A stretch of 64,000 bases of DNA from the NCBI GenBank assembly GCA_023213395.1, contig CM041465.1, positions 211,613,741 to 211,677,740 of the forward strand. The letters are read 5' to 3'. The translations under genes were made by a program, and so were the position numbers. The notes beneath the pieces are model-generated. The model was given only the letters and a program-made list of their open reading frames with translations. It made no database searches and was not told the origin of the DNA. Shown here piece after piece: positions 37,661 through 52,549 of this stretch; position 1 is the stretch's first letter, and each line of letters starts with the position of its first letter. This DNA comes from Cycas panzhihuaensis. Its lineage: Eukaryota > Plantae > Cycadophyta.

Positions 37661-39620
37661 TATCACATAACATAAATCCTTAATCCATTTACATGTTACA
37701 ACTAATCACTAGTAGTTTATTGATAATTGTTGAGTTACTACATTATAGATGTTAGTAAATCATGAGTTACCTAACTATATAAAATACATCAGAATGTTAC
37801 CATAAGAGGCAATTTTCCTAAAATAGAAAGACATCATTCTATGACTAATGCTTAAAATTTGGAGTACCCTAAAGCTTATAAAATCATCATAAATGCAAGA
37901 AAAGGTGTGGTCAATTTAGAGGGTGAGAAGGACAAAAATAGGCCTTATTAGTGCCCCACTTAGATTGACTAAAATCTCATGCTAAAAATTTTTAGGATTG
38001 GCCAATATAAGTCATGCACAAGAAGATAGAACTTAGATAAACTTCTAGTGACAAATTGAGAACATTATAGATGTCTCATAAAGATGCAAATAAAGTAACA
38101 CTTAAGGATTTACACTCTTAGTACAAGAGTTCTTAGTCTAGACTTGTAGAATTTTCAATTTAGAAAGTAGATATCTAACCTAAAATGATAAAGTTACAAA
38201 GTCAATTAGAAGATTTCCTCAATATGGCTTATTCATTGAATGATGAGTTGTAATTTCATTCAAACCTAGACTTAACTCCACTAAAAAGCTAGTCAGACAA
38301 ATAATTTAAAGTTTTGATTAATATTCTTATATGGTAATTGAAATAGAATGGTTAAATGGCTAAAGATGCTTACACTCTAATAAAGTCATCCTTATAGTTC
38401 CTATTGATAAGGAGATGTTACCCTCTACATTAATTTCTAATTTTTCTGTTCTTTATTTCTAAATAGTTGTATATAATTTTTTTTATTTGTCCATATACTT
38501 AACTCTAAAAGAAATATTAATGAATTTTAAAATTTTATACAGTGATCTAGGATGAATTATATAAGTCTATAAGAGATGTTAACTGGTCATGTTGATTGGT
38601 TGATATTAGTCACAATGATGAAATTATTTGATTTCATTTAAGTTGATCAACTAAGCTTGAAGATAATTTGGATTATGTCAACATAAATTGGGTTGTCAAT
38701 AAGGTAATTATGAGTTAGTTCTCATAACTACACTTGTAATAGATTTACTTACCATAAATACTTATAATACTATAAAAGTTTAAATAATAAATGATTATAT
38801 GACCCAAAATTTTGATTGACCAACCTAGATCCATATTTTTAAGTTTTGGTCATTAGACAATGTGGTTAATAAGAGATATCACACTGGATAATGACAACAA
38901 AGTAATTAATAATATATTGGTCAAGGGCATGTAATGTGCATCTATGATAATTCTTGGTTAGGATTTGATGATTATTAAGCAAGTATATATATATGGTGAG
39001 TTAGCCTTAAACAAACAATAATATATTATATATATATTACAATCACATACATATAAACCCCCCTTGAGCTTCCAAATATAATGAGTCTCCTCCAAGATTG
39101 AATGAGCCTCCTTCAAGATTTCACTACCTTTTTTACCATCCATATTTGAATTTGATAGGGCCTTCCTTTAGACATCATAATGCCTTGTGCCCTCATCAAA
39201 TTAATTACCTCTAGTAACCATGCATTAAATCCAATGATAATAAATAACTTGGCTAGGGTTATTTATATTACCATTAAGCAACACATTTTTCTCCCCCTTA
39301 CTTATGACAATGAATACTTTTTCACTTAGGGGTATAAAACTTAAATGTTTCTTACATGATTTATCATCTTAATATGGTCTTTGGGTAGTATAAGTAAACA
39401 TTAACTCATCTATATCCTAAATTTTTTCTTATGTAGTGATAATAGATATCCTTGAGCAATCATTATTAACATATAGTCCAGATGGCATAGATCTATTAAA
39501 TTGTGTTACTACCTTCTTGGGTAGATGTATATCATTCTTTTGTGTAGAAATTAAATAAGAGTCCATGTATATGCAATGTTTTTATCTCATACATAGGGTC
39601 TTATCCTTTATATTGAGGAT

Positions 39621-42600
39621 TGCTAGAAAATGCCAAATAATATAGATAAGGCACATGATTGTTTATGTATATAATAGACAGGAACAGAACAAGCACATGA
39701 GATAATATATTTAATGTGGGAAAACCCTTTCAAGAAAAACTTACCATAAATTATATTATTATATTTTTGTAAATTTTCTATTAATGTTACAATGGACTTT
39801 GATCCTTATTTATAGATCATACATGCCTCAAATAATATATTTAGATCACATTTGTTGGCCCATATTATATCACATATAATTACATCATTTATTTATATAA
39901 TGTTACACCTCATTTACATTAGTCGAGTAAGTGACATAAGGTCACTCTAACATTCCCTCTTAATATAAATATGGGGTCTTGAAGTCTTACTAGGGATTGG
40001 TCTATCTCTTTTATCCTTGTTAATAGATCCCCCCTATAAGGATAACCTCATTGAATCCTAAATTTACACAAACCTAATGAAGTGATCTTTAGTAAGAGCT
40101 AGGTGAACACATCTTCAAGTTAGTTTTTACTCAGATAAAACTCAACTTGTATCTTCCCTAATCATATATGCTTTTGGATATAATGGCGCTATGCCTTGTA
40201 TGTGTGTGATTCTTTGGAAGTATCTCCAACAGTCCCTATAACCATATGACTCCTCTCGCATAGACACTTAGTCCATGGTACTTGGTCTATTTCCTTGACT
40301 AAACCAAGAGGCTGAGCTACTTAAGCCATGTAGATCTCCTCTTTAAGTCTTTATTAAGGAATATGGACTTAATATTCATTTGATATGACTCCCAATTATA
40401 TGTAGCTACTAAAGTAAGGATCAATTCAACTAATGATATCTTAAAGACTAGTACTAATGTCTCCTTATAATTGAATTCTTCTTTCTATTTGAAATTTTAT
40501 GCATCAAGTATTGCAAACTTATAACAGAGTAGGTCCTTTCTTTGGAGATAAAGGAACTAAATCCCACATATCACTCCTTTTATAACTCTCCATTATGAAT
40601 CTCTTATCATTGGAATTGTTGGTGTCTATTACAAGTTTGACTAGCATGTTGATCGTTGTTCTTTAATCATCCTTTAGGTCCTCAACCATCAAATTGGATT
40701 CCTCAATGGTGCTCCTAGCTCATAATGGAATATGGGTTACAATCCATTCCTCTTCTTGTAATGACTCCTCATTAGCACTTCCTCTAGGTCCTGTTTTCAT
40801 CTTAAATATAATGTTAGGTGCAGAAACCTCTACACCTACTAAACTATAATTTGGAAAGGGAAGGAATGAAGGATAATCAATGAAAGGTTTTTTACTAGTC
40901 CAACATAACTCAAGGATAATGCCCTAGATAGACTTAGAAAGGCACCCCATTAAACTATTGTCATGATAACTTCTACCAAAAACCATAGGAGGTAAATCTT
41001 TACCATGCACTAAACACCTTCACATCTACATCATGGTACCATTCTTCATCTACAACATAATCTTATATGGGGAACACAAGACAATCAACTCTCATTTTAT
41101 ATCACGATTAAGGTATAATTAAATTTAAGGCAATCATGTTATACACCTTTCCATTCACACTTGAATTTCATCACAAATGCACTATTGAATCTACATTAGA
41201 TTTGTTCAGATATGCACAAATGTTGAGCCAACATTTAATAGGCTATAAACCCCATGCTACTATCTATTTAACCACCTAAAGTATAATAGACCACCAAGAA
41301 TTAATAACCATTTATATAAACAAGCTAATAAACTACAATTCTAAACCACTTTCACCTCACACATCTGATGTAAGAACACTAATTATATTGAATAAAACAT
41401 CACTTTATAATAAATAAACCACACTTTTTTTGATGAATATGTAATTATCAAAACCATAACACTATTTGCTCCATCCTATAACTTAATATCTCCATACATC
41501 ATGCATTGTTTATCAATCAATGAATATACGTTGATATTAATAGTTCCCTTATTAATCACAATCTCTTATTAATAAGTGAAAACCACTACCATTAATAACT
41601 CACCCAAAAAACTCTCTCATGAAATCACATGTAACAAGAGCTTCACATTGCCAAATAGTGACCAACTAAGAGTGCCCAAAAACACTCACTTTGCCATCAT
41701 ATCATAAACATCACCTTATTCATGTCTTATATCACCAATAACAAATCCCCAAAACATATCACATCCTACATATATATGCCTACTCTTCCAAAATACCATA
41801 TCTAATGATATCGATAAAAAAGAATACCTTAATAAAATAAAGGCCAAAATAATTGATTCATCTTAATAAAATCTTAAAGAAAAAAGGTGTCATAATATAT
41901 CAAAGTATAATAAATTGAATCAAAGGAAACTTCACTTTTCAAATAATGAAGTTGGTGAACAATCTTACCACTTATTTCTTCATGCAAAGGGCAATTCCAA
42001 TAATCAAATCAACTTAATATGATCAATATTATTAAAAGGTTGATTAATATGTATCAACATGACTTTATATCTTAAATGACTAATTGAATAATATTAGGTA
42101 TAATACCTAATTACATAATTACCATCATGTATACTCCTTTTACATTATGTTTATTTTATATTTGAGGTTCTGGGCCACATAGAGATGTGTGCCATCTCTA
42201 GATTGACCAATGAGGTTCTCTCACTAATAATGAGCTTGTACTATAAGTATGTATACTATAATTTATTCTAATTTGAGTTTTGGCCATTTTTGCATATCTT
42301 ATATTCATTGGTATATACTTCATCTTATTTGAGCTTTATTGTTATATCTTTAACTAACCATCATATTCTTTGTATGTATTGCATATTCAAATTCTAACAA
42401 ATAAATCATCACATAGGTAATATTATAAACTATTTTGGCAATTAAATTAATAATTAACTCAACAGGGCAATGACTATTAAATAACACATATATCAAATGT
42501 GTGATTAAATATCGTGCAATAGGTGATCAAATTAAATCACATGTGCAATAAATTAAATCAAAATAGTGATCTACATTTCAATATAATCAATTGGTGTTAA

Positions 42601-43840
42601 AAAAATATGAAGATTACCTTTGAAAATCTATGGTGACATTAATCAAGCGATGGATTATGTTTTAACTATAAATATTTATAGGCATGTAATCTACATATAT
42701 CCTTTTGTGATGGTCTACAAAACACTCTTACATCTTCATGATGCTACATCCATGGCTTTGAATAGCTATTTACGTGATTGTAGTTTATTCTTCAACAAAA
42801 TATACAATATATATGTGTGTTAATATATGTAAACAATAACCACATAACTCTATAATCTCTATAGATATCCATAACCTACTAGCATTTTGTAATCTTCCTT
42901 TCACAATTATTACAACTTTCATAATTTATAGATTTTGTTGCTATGCTCATAGCCCTTACATCTATTTATAATATAATCTATATTCACTACAAACACTCTT
43001 AATGGACTCAACTACAAATACACTATACCCAAACAACTATTATCCTATTGTGAATATTCAACAGTTTTAGTTATGATGTTTCTTCTTTGCAGAAGTACCT
43101 CTCTTACTCTAGCTATTACCAACTCTCTACAAACTAAGTGGGAATATAAATAAGTAGGCTTGACACCTTCCTTGGATTTACAATAGACATCAATAACTGG
43201 CACCTAAGTAACTAGGGGTTACACATTTAAAAATAGAGGGCACTAACCTTCACTTCACACCTAGACACTTGTACAAAATAAAATAACACCTTCTACTCCT
43301 CTACATATCTTTGAAGACCAATGGACCCATATAAAATTAAGAATGGAAGATACTAGAATTTCCACATAATCATTGCGCTTATATAGCTTCTTTTTTAGTT
43401 GTCAGATAAGCTGATCCTTAAGGGGTGAGCCAGCACTACCTAGTAACCAATGATCGAATAATCCATCCAATATTTGCCTACTTGTACATAACTATATGGC
43501 CTGATACTATGTTAGAAAACACCAAATAATATAGACAATGCACAAGATCCTTTATATACATAATAGACATGAATATAACAAGCACAGGGGATAACATATT
43601 TGAGATGGAAAACCCTTTTGGGAAAAACCCACCACAAATTATATTGTTATATTTTTGTAAATATGTCATTAATATTACAATGGACTTTGATCCTTATTTA
43701 TAGATCATAAGAGCCTCAAATAATACATTATGATTACATCCATTGGCCCATATGACATCACATATAATTACATCATATATTTGCATAATATTATACCTCA
43801 TTTATATTAGTTAGGTAAGTGACATAAGCTCACTCTAATA
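39621..43840 (-). mobile_element. Internally deleted Ty1/copia element with both LTRs
   Basis: LTRs 39621-39952 and 43510-43840; perfect TSD AGGAT (39616-20, 43841-45); PBS-like tagtatcaggcc 43498-43509 (minus); PPT aagagggaa 39953-39961 (minus); RNase H remnant ~40070-40400; integrase remnant ~40900-41380. Confidence 0.88.
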
Positions 43841-44029
43841 AGGATGAAAGAGAGGATATCTATATTATGTTATTGAGTGATTTTGTGTTTTCTATTTTCC
43901 TATTTTTGTTTCATTTTTATAGTTTTGTACATACAAATCAATCAAGTATGGGTGTGCCATAAGAAGTAGTTGATCAAATGAATTAAAAGAAGAAGAACTC
44001 TTATATCCTAGGGCATTCTAAATAAAATA

Positions 44030-47000
44030 CTATAAAATAATTAGGACTTTTTCCATTTTTACAAGTACAAAAGAGGACTAAATATCCTACTTGTTATCTG
44101 TAACTACCAACCATATCCATAATAGATAGGATTCTTCCTATATCAATCATATGGTAGCTTATTTTTATATTGCTTGGATAAACTCCTCTCAAGTTAAGTA
44201 TCAATGATGTAGCTTGAGTTTATATCCATTAAAAGAAGTCATTATTCAAAAATATCTATCATTTAAAGTTAATAACATCATTATTATAGACCTACAACAC
44301 TTCGTAAAGTCCATGCTAGTGATATTAGAACTTACCAATAAAATCCTCATAGTAAGAATCAAACAATAATGCCCAATCTCCCAATGCAAATGTTATTTCC
44401 TTAAGAAAGTTACCATGCCATTATTTTCATTACTTTTGCACCACTCTTATTTGTTGAATTGCTCACTCTCAAATGTCATTAATTTCATGAATATCCATAA
44501 TTCTCTACCTTTAATCCTCTCTCAAGTCTATATTCGATTCTATTACCATATGCAAGGTTTTGATTTCCAGCTTAATCAACATGATTGTATGCTTTGCATA
44601 CACTAATTTGAAGGGGGTGTATCCAATTGTTGTCTTCCACATCATATGATATAACTATAATACTTGAAGAAATCATTCCTCCTAACCTATTTGATGTGAT
44701 TAGATAGTTTTTGTTATAAGTTTTTTCTAATTCTTGATTCGTCACTTATGTTTATCTATTGGCTTATGGATAGTATGGTGTCAATTTGACATGCCTGAAT
44801 TTGTATTCTTCTATTAATACAATAACGAACTTATTTAAAAAGGGGTTTCCCCTATTAATGACCAATTTACAAGGGGGATGCATACCTCATAAATATTTAT
44901 TTATATAAAATGATTTTGACATTCTTTGAATCAACATTTTGAAAGGATCTTACCATGTTATATTTTTTAACATAATTTATACATATAAAAATATGCCGAT
45001 TTCCTTTCCTTGATGGTGGCTAGATAGGCCCTACCAAGATAATTATCTATTTGTCAAATGGCTCTAAAATAATAATTGGATTAAGGGGTATCTTTGAGAT
45101 CTTATAAGGTTTCCTTGTCTTTTGACATACCTCACACCTATGGATATGACTTCACGTCCTTATGTAATAAGGGCTAAAAGTATCCCATGTTCAAAATTTT
45201 ATATAATGTATTTTACACTAAGAAATGGTCCCCATAAGGTTCATCATGAATTGATTTCAAAATGTTGAAACATTCATCCTTTTACACACACTTGTAAAGA
45301 ATGTTATCAAATCCAACTTTATATAAGTTTCTTGTAAGAAAAATATATGATGAGCTAAGTCTTACCCAGTTCCATCATTCTTTCTTCAAGAATTGAGGTG
45401 GAATTACCCTAGCAACCATATAAACCACAATATCCATGAACCATGTTGTGTGTATAAAGATTATAAATAAATGCTTATCTAGAAAATAATCTTCTAATAG
45501 AGCACCATCTTTTGATCTTTGTATAAACCTAAATAAGTGGTTAGTAGCAATGTTTACTTTTCCTGGCTTATTTACTATCTAAGCTTTAAATTATTAGCAT
45601 AATAACAATTGATAAGTAATTAATGGATTGTAGTGAATTTATTCATAAAATACTTAATAACAACATGTTTTGTATGAACTATGGATTAAAAGATATAAAC
45701 ATAATGCCCAACTTCATTTAATACAAAAATGACCACAAAAAATTCTTTCTCCATTACTATGTAGTTAATCTATTCTCCATGAAGTGATTTGTTGATAAAG
45801 AAGATGGGGTGTTTATTCCCATCATAAAATTATAATAGCACTACTCCCAAAGCTATGTTTAAGGAATTTATATGCATATGAAATATCTTTATCCAATTAG
45901 GCCCTTAAACCATGGGGGCTTTCATCAATTTCCCTTTCAAATTTTACAAGGCTCTTATACACACATCATTCCATTAGAAAGGAATATCTGCTTGAAGCAA
46001 ACAATGTAAAAAAGCAACGATCTTGTTAAATTCTTTAATAAAATGTCTATAATAGCCTACATGCCCCAGAAACCCTCTCAGTTATTTAAGATTTTGTGGT
46101 AATGGAAGCTATTGAATTACCTTGCTTTTTCCTATATCAACTTTAATTCCCATTTTTGAAATATTGTGCTCTAATATAAGGCATGTTTATACCATCATCT
46201 TACTTTCATCATTGCTTAAGCAAATATTTGTTTTCCTATATCTTTGAAAGGCCTAAGCTAATTCTTCAATTGCCTCTTTAAATGTGTCATCATAAATTGA
46301 AAATACATCCATGTAAACCTCAACAAATTTATGGATAAAGTGTAATAATATACTAATCATTTCTTATTGAAAAGTTGTTAGTTCATCACATAGACTGAAA
46401 GGTAGTACCATGTCCACAAAAGTCCCCAATGGATATGTAAAACTCATCTTGTATATATTTTTTAAAGTAATTGGTATCTAGTTATAACTAGAAAAACTAT
46501 TGAGGAAGGTAAAATACTTTTTCCCTGCAAGTTTATCCAATACCTAATTAATAAAGTGAATAGGAAAGTGATTTTCCTTATTGGCTTATTCAACTCCCTA
46601 TAATCAATATTGATTCACCATTTTCCTCCTTTCTTTTAGACCACTGCCAAAGGAGAAACTCATCAAATATAAAAAATAGGATAAGTCAATTAGGAATCCA
46701 ATAACCTTTTTAGCTCTTCCTTAACAATTTGTGGTTTGTTTGAATTAAGTCACATTTAAGTTCTCTAACTGGAACACTATCATCCTCTATGAAAATATAA
46801 TACTAACATAATGAAGGATTAATTTCCTTTAGTTCTTTATATGATCAAGTAAACACATCTAGAAATGAGATAAGTGTGTATCTTATCTTTCCTTATTCTT
46901 CCTTTCTATACCCCATTCCAATATATAATGTTTTATTTTCTATGAAAACCATTAGGCATATCTCAAGCTCCTCACTATCTTTCTTATTCAGATCATTTAT

Positions 47001-50000
47001 TTTTGTTTCAATGGTATACAGAGATACAACTTCCTTTCTATTTTTTATTTTTTTACTATCAGTTTATAATTCATCAATTGGCTTCTACCCTACTTCTACA
47101 TCTATTTGAGCTAAAGGTTTTTCTATGTACTCACCTATATCTAAGTGTTGGTACGTGGAGTCTACCTCATTTTATTTCACCATAAGAAACTTATATCTAT
47201 CGAGGTCTTCAACTTCATTATTAGAATTAATATATTTTGGTTTCTCTTAATCTATGTTTCTTCTAATATTACAAGAGGTGTTGCTACAAAAAGAGACATA
47301 CTTGGTGGTTTCTCACTATTTTATTTCATCATTTTCTATAATCAACATGTAATCATTATGTTCATTATTACCAACCAAGGTCAACCCAAAATGATTGGGT
47401 AACTTTTAGAATACCCCTTAAATTAGGCAACCATAAAGTCTATTGGAATATTCTAGTTACAAACTTGGACAAAAATGTCTATCAAAACCCCTTCTAGTTG
47501 TACCACCATTTTATCCTCCATATAAAATGTTATGTAGGTTGATTGTATACCTTTGAGATTAAGGTATTACATGGTTTGTAACATAAGCAAAATAATTCTC
47601 ACTTCTAAATATACTAGTGCATATTTCAATCTAGTCCCCTTGATTGTAATGTTGACCTTTGGGCTACCTAGATCGCCATATTTCACGATTAACATTTTAC
47701 CTTGAATTAGGTTAGCAATCATCCCCACTAAAGTAGTTGACTTTAGTTCCTACTTCTTTTTATTCTTCAAGCCAAATCATAGATCCTTAACATGCTTTAC
47801 ATAGATTTAGGTATCTCAAGTAGCCTACAATAGTGATATACAAATGTATACATTTCTCAAGTTCTTGCTTGAAGTCATAGGAACCTAAGAGTTCATATTG
47901 GATTTATTACTTCAATATGGCAAGATATGGTACTTTCTTATTTGTCTGCTTCTTTGCATCATACTGATCTATAATATGGTTTAGTACTAAATCTTCTTGT
48001 TCTTCCTTAATATGTCATTGTAATGTTGCATTTTTGGAAACTTCTCTATTCTTTATTTTTCTAGTCTAGGAACTTCTCATAGTTGTGTGCTATATCAAGT
48101 TTAAATCTTATCATAGTGAACAATTTCACTAATCTACACTAGTGTGTAGTTTTCTATTATTTATTGTGGGTGTCCTACAAAACAATCAATATAGGTAGCA
48201 CTTTTTATTTTATATTTTGTTCCTCCTAGATTTTGAATGTCTTGGGTAGGCAAAGTTAATGCTGAGGGCATATTATAGGTGGAGCATTATCTTTTGTAGA
48301 GTTTCTTTACGAAAAACCTAACCCACATTAGTATTATATTATTGTCCCATGAATCTATTTTATGAATTTAATTAGGAACTAAATGGTTATTTTAAATTAT
48401 AAAAAAACTACTTTTGTAAGTTTTAAAATCCTTATTATTGACCTTGAAATGAATTTTGTGTAATGTAGCATGGGTTTTGATGGAACGAACAAGGGACATT
48501 TTATAGATATGCAACAAAATTTCCAAATCCATGTAAATATTCTAATTTTGAAGTAGGAAAATATGTGTTTTCTTTCAAAAAATGAGACTGAAATATTATT
48601 AATATACCCTTGAGGTGGTGATCTTTTCAGATCAAATGGATATATTCTTGGATGAAATTGTTGCAATCTTATTTGGCCTTGAAATCTTGATCTTTCTATT
48701 CCATTGGTCTTCTTTGGTGTTGGATAAATATGCTATGCATTACTTCTTCTTCTAACTCTACAACCTCTTCTTGTTGTGTATTATGACTTGATCTTACTAC
48801 TAAAGGAGCTTTGTTTCACTCCTCCTTTTCCTTTGTCTCTAAGCAGTTAAGTTGCTTTGCTTAAAAGTATTTTCTATTTTACATCCCCTAATATATTTTT
48901 TAGCTCTACTCTTGAAATAGGACCCATAATAGATTCATTATTAAGAGCATAGACTATTAGTTCCAACAATAATGGTTCCCCATTTTCTTGTGACTTTATT
49001 ATACTTAACACAAAGGCCCTTCTAGTGTTCAAATGAGATTGTTGCAAACTCAATTATTCCTCAAATTTCTAGCCATAATCATACAAAATCATTCAACCTA
49101 ACCATGAATATAGTCTTGATTATACCCTCCAAATTCCCATGATCTAGTTAACATTGGAGTAAATACTCCATTCTCTCAATGTATTCTTCTATCGATTCAT
49201 CTTCCCTTTATTTGATTTATATAATTTACATTTTCAAGTCTTCATCTTGCTAGAATTCTATATATTTTTTAAAGAACAATTCCTTTATTTCTTTCCAAAT
49301 ATGAATAGAACCAATAGGAATTGTCATGAATTATCTAAGTGCATGGTCTTTTAATGTCAAGGGGAATAATTTCAATAATTGAACATCTAATAGATAATCA
49401 TGGCTTTGATAGAGTATATCAAATTCAAAGAGTAAGATATTAGGATCCTCAACCTTATAACCATAAATTGGTCTTCTTACTCAAATGCAACTAAGAAATC
49501 AATGCCTTATGCTCCATCCTTATAGTCTTCAACTATAACTAGTGCTTGTATTTTCTTACTTATTCACTTCTTTCTAGGACTACTTACCTATTCTTTCTTT
49601 GGACTTTATTCTAATGCTTGAGAATGCTCTTCCACAAACCTTCCCAAGGTGTCTTGAGGTCATCTACTCATCCCTTAATTTTAAAATAGATTTTAATGCT
49701 TATTTCTCTATATATACTCTAAATTTTGGTCACTATACTCCTTAACAATGATGACAAAATGTTTCCTCTTCAGTTGGTTCTATAACTTTAATAGAAGTTC
49801 CACAAATGATTTCTCTTTGCATAACCTCCAAGTTTTGGTCACCAGGTTCCTCGACAATGATGCCTAAGTGATTCCCCTTAAGTTGGTTCTATAACATAAA
49901 TGAAAGTTGTAGAAACCCACTAAAGAAATTGTGTTAACTTGGGGTATATAAGCTTAATAACTAGGAAATTAAGAAGTTACCAAATTAGGTTTTAGTACAT

Positions 50001-50350
50001 AACCAAAAAATTCCTACTAAATATTCTTTTCATTAGCTTTCCATTCACATTATTTTGTCAAAAGCCCTATCCAAAAATAGAGGCTCAACTAACAAAATTA
50101 GAAACTAACTATAACATATGGGCATTGTCTCATAGTGTTGCCCTTGCAGTTAGTAGCACTTCCTTCTCTTCCATAATAGTGACATAAAGGTCTATCCTAG
50201 ATGGGTCAAATGGGTACATAAACATGGGAAAAAGTGTGACCAACAAAATATGAGAAAATACCTTTTATCTACTTCATTCATTATAAGAAAACTTGTTTAT
50301 GCATGCTCTAATAAGCTATGACAACTACCTGTATTTCTTGGTAGGTTATC
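44030..50350 (-). mobile_element. Degenerate Athila-like Ty3/gypsy element: partial 5' LTR, PBS, gag, protease, RT, RNase H, integrase
   Basis: PBS ggcatcattgtcgaggaac ~49846-49864 (minus); gag EDPNILLFEFDIL..KLFPLTLKDHAL; RT NHFPIHFIN*VLDKLAGKKYFTFLN, VEVYMDVFSIYDD; integrase HDEPYGDHF, TPYYP*ANR. Confidence 0.85.
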
Positions 50351-50359
50351 AAATAGAGG

Positions 50360-51560
50360 AAATTACTTTAGAGGATAGAGATAAATTGTGGATAATCTTG
50401 AGTAGGTGGTTTCTTTGCTATAGGATTGGAGTTAATGTTTTAAGTTGGGGGCAAATAAGGATTGATTCCTTCTCCATGATATAGGCATATAGCCTTTACA
50501 TTGAGGACGAAGGCCCTTTATACTATTGAAAGGTATGAAAGAGAATCTGGCTTCCTAAAATTTGGCCTAAAGTATAAACTATTTTATAGTAATTGGCTCA
50601 TAACAACATTATCACATGGGATAACCTTAGGAAAAGAGGTTTCACTATCCCTTTTAAGTGCATTAATATCACTAATCTCTTTCTTAAGTGTAAAGGTATT
50701 TCTAAGTGTTGGGATTATTTTGAAATCTCTTTTTGAGCCATGATTTTAGGACAGTCTAATATACTAAACTTCCTTGAAGGATGGTGTAATCTCAAGGTGG
50801 ACTTCATTATCCAATAAAAAGCTTAGGATCTTGTTTTGAGGTTTTTAGTGTGGAATATCTAGAAGGATAATAACAAAAGAAATTTTAGAGACAAAGCTAG
50901 GCCCATGACTTTGGTTATCCAAAGAACTGTGAAAAATATATCAAAAACTCTATCATCTAAGCAATAGAGGGATGAAGACCTTACCTAATCTCATTAAGAG
51001 AGGGCCAAACTCAATTTGATGGGGATCATTAAAAATTAGTATACCTTTAAAAATTAGAGAACCTCATCAAAGTAGTGGCCTATGGATGCCACATCTAAAA
51101 GGATTGTAAAAAGCCGATTTTGATGGGGCCTCAAAAGGGAATCCAAGTGAAGCTAGTATTAGAGGGATCATTAGAGACCATAGTGGTAAGGCTATATATT
51201 ATTTTTCCCAAAATATTGGTGAAAATATAAACAATGTTATAAAAGCAATGGCTTCCTTTTCCATCCTCAAAATATCTAAGAAGGGAGGTATGTAGTGGGT
51301 TTACTTAGAATGGGAATCAAAACTCATTATTAGTTTACTTTAAAAGAATGAAGATAAAATAGAAACTAGTAATTAGAATATTTCCCATGTCTTGAAGGAA
51401 ATAATACAACTTATTAATGATTTCAATGAGGTTTTCTTTAAGTACATTATAAGAGTACTAATAAGGTTGTATATCTCTTGGATAACTTTGGGGTAATGGC
51501 CAATAGGGGGAGATAAGGATAAACTAGGATTTGTAGAAGATTATTATAAACCTCGATTTA
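50360..51560 (+). mobile_element. L1-like remnant: ORF1 (DUF4283/zinc-knuckle-like) followed closely by RNase H
   Basis: LEDRDKLWIILSRWF..VLSW, PLH*, KCKGISKCWD; then DFDGASKGNPSEASIRGIIRDHSG (~51116-51190), LEWESKLII. Confidence 0.65.
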
Positions 51561-52549
51561 TAACTTAGAGGTAAATGCACAAATATGGAAATATAATTAT
51601 CAAATAAAAATATTTATTAAAAGGTGAAATGAAAGATGATGAATATTTATAATGGCCACATATTTATGTGTGATATAATGTCTTTTTATAAATGGTTATA
51701 ACCATCTAAATGTGTTATTTAATAATAATTGGATAATTAATTAGGGTCATAATAATACCCCATTTTCAAAATGCTTTGCCCTCGAAGCATAGTTAAAATA
51801 ATGATTGATTGCTATTTGTTATTAGAAGAATGTCATAATCATCTATTGTGTATTGGGTTGAAATGTCACTCTAGTCATGATGTGGCTAGTTATATGGTTG
51901 AATAATATTTATTCACTTGCATGTCTTATATTTCACAGTCTTGTATAATCTTAGACCTATTATTGGGAATTTATTTCTAATAAGTGGTATTGAAGCTAGT
52001 ATTTTAATTTTGTGGGGAGCCATTTATTGAGTAAGATCTAAGTTTATTAGAGTCAAGTATTTTACTTAAACAAGATCAATATAGGAACATATGTAAATAC
52101 TATATAAAACTTGACATAGTAGAATTAGTATACCTTTAAAAATTAATACTTACTCATTAAGAATGATACTCCATCAATGCAAAATATAAATTTATACAAG
52201 TATAAATATAAGAAAAATTAGTAATGGTCCACACACAAACTGATAACCACCTTGACACACATCATAATCTTATTAAGGACTTTATAACTACTAATTAATC
52301 ACTAAACTAAATTTGCTCTATATGAATATTAATATAATATTCTCTCTTAATTTTTCATAGTATTAACTTTAATGTTGATACAAAATCTACATTTATTAAA
52401 CTTGTATATAGATAAAGGTTTAGTGAAAATATAAACTAACTACTTCTCTATTAATTTATATAAAAGCTCAATCTCACCATTCTAGATCTACTCCTAGATG
52501 AAATGATGATGTACTTTGATTTATTTTATGGAGGCATGGAACATTGGAT

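Noticed and set aside
38950-39310. Reverse PPT-like motifs (aaacccccttga, ttctccccctt) suggesting another element end
   Set aside because: No paired LTR or coding remnant to anchor it
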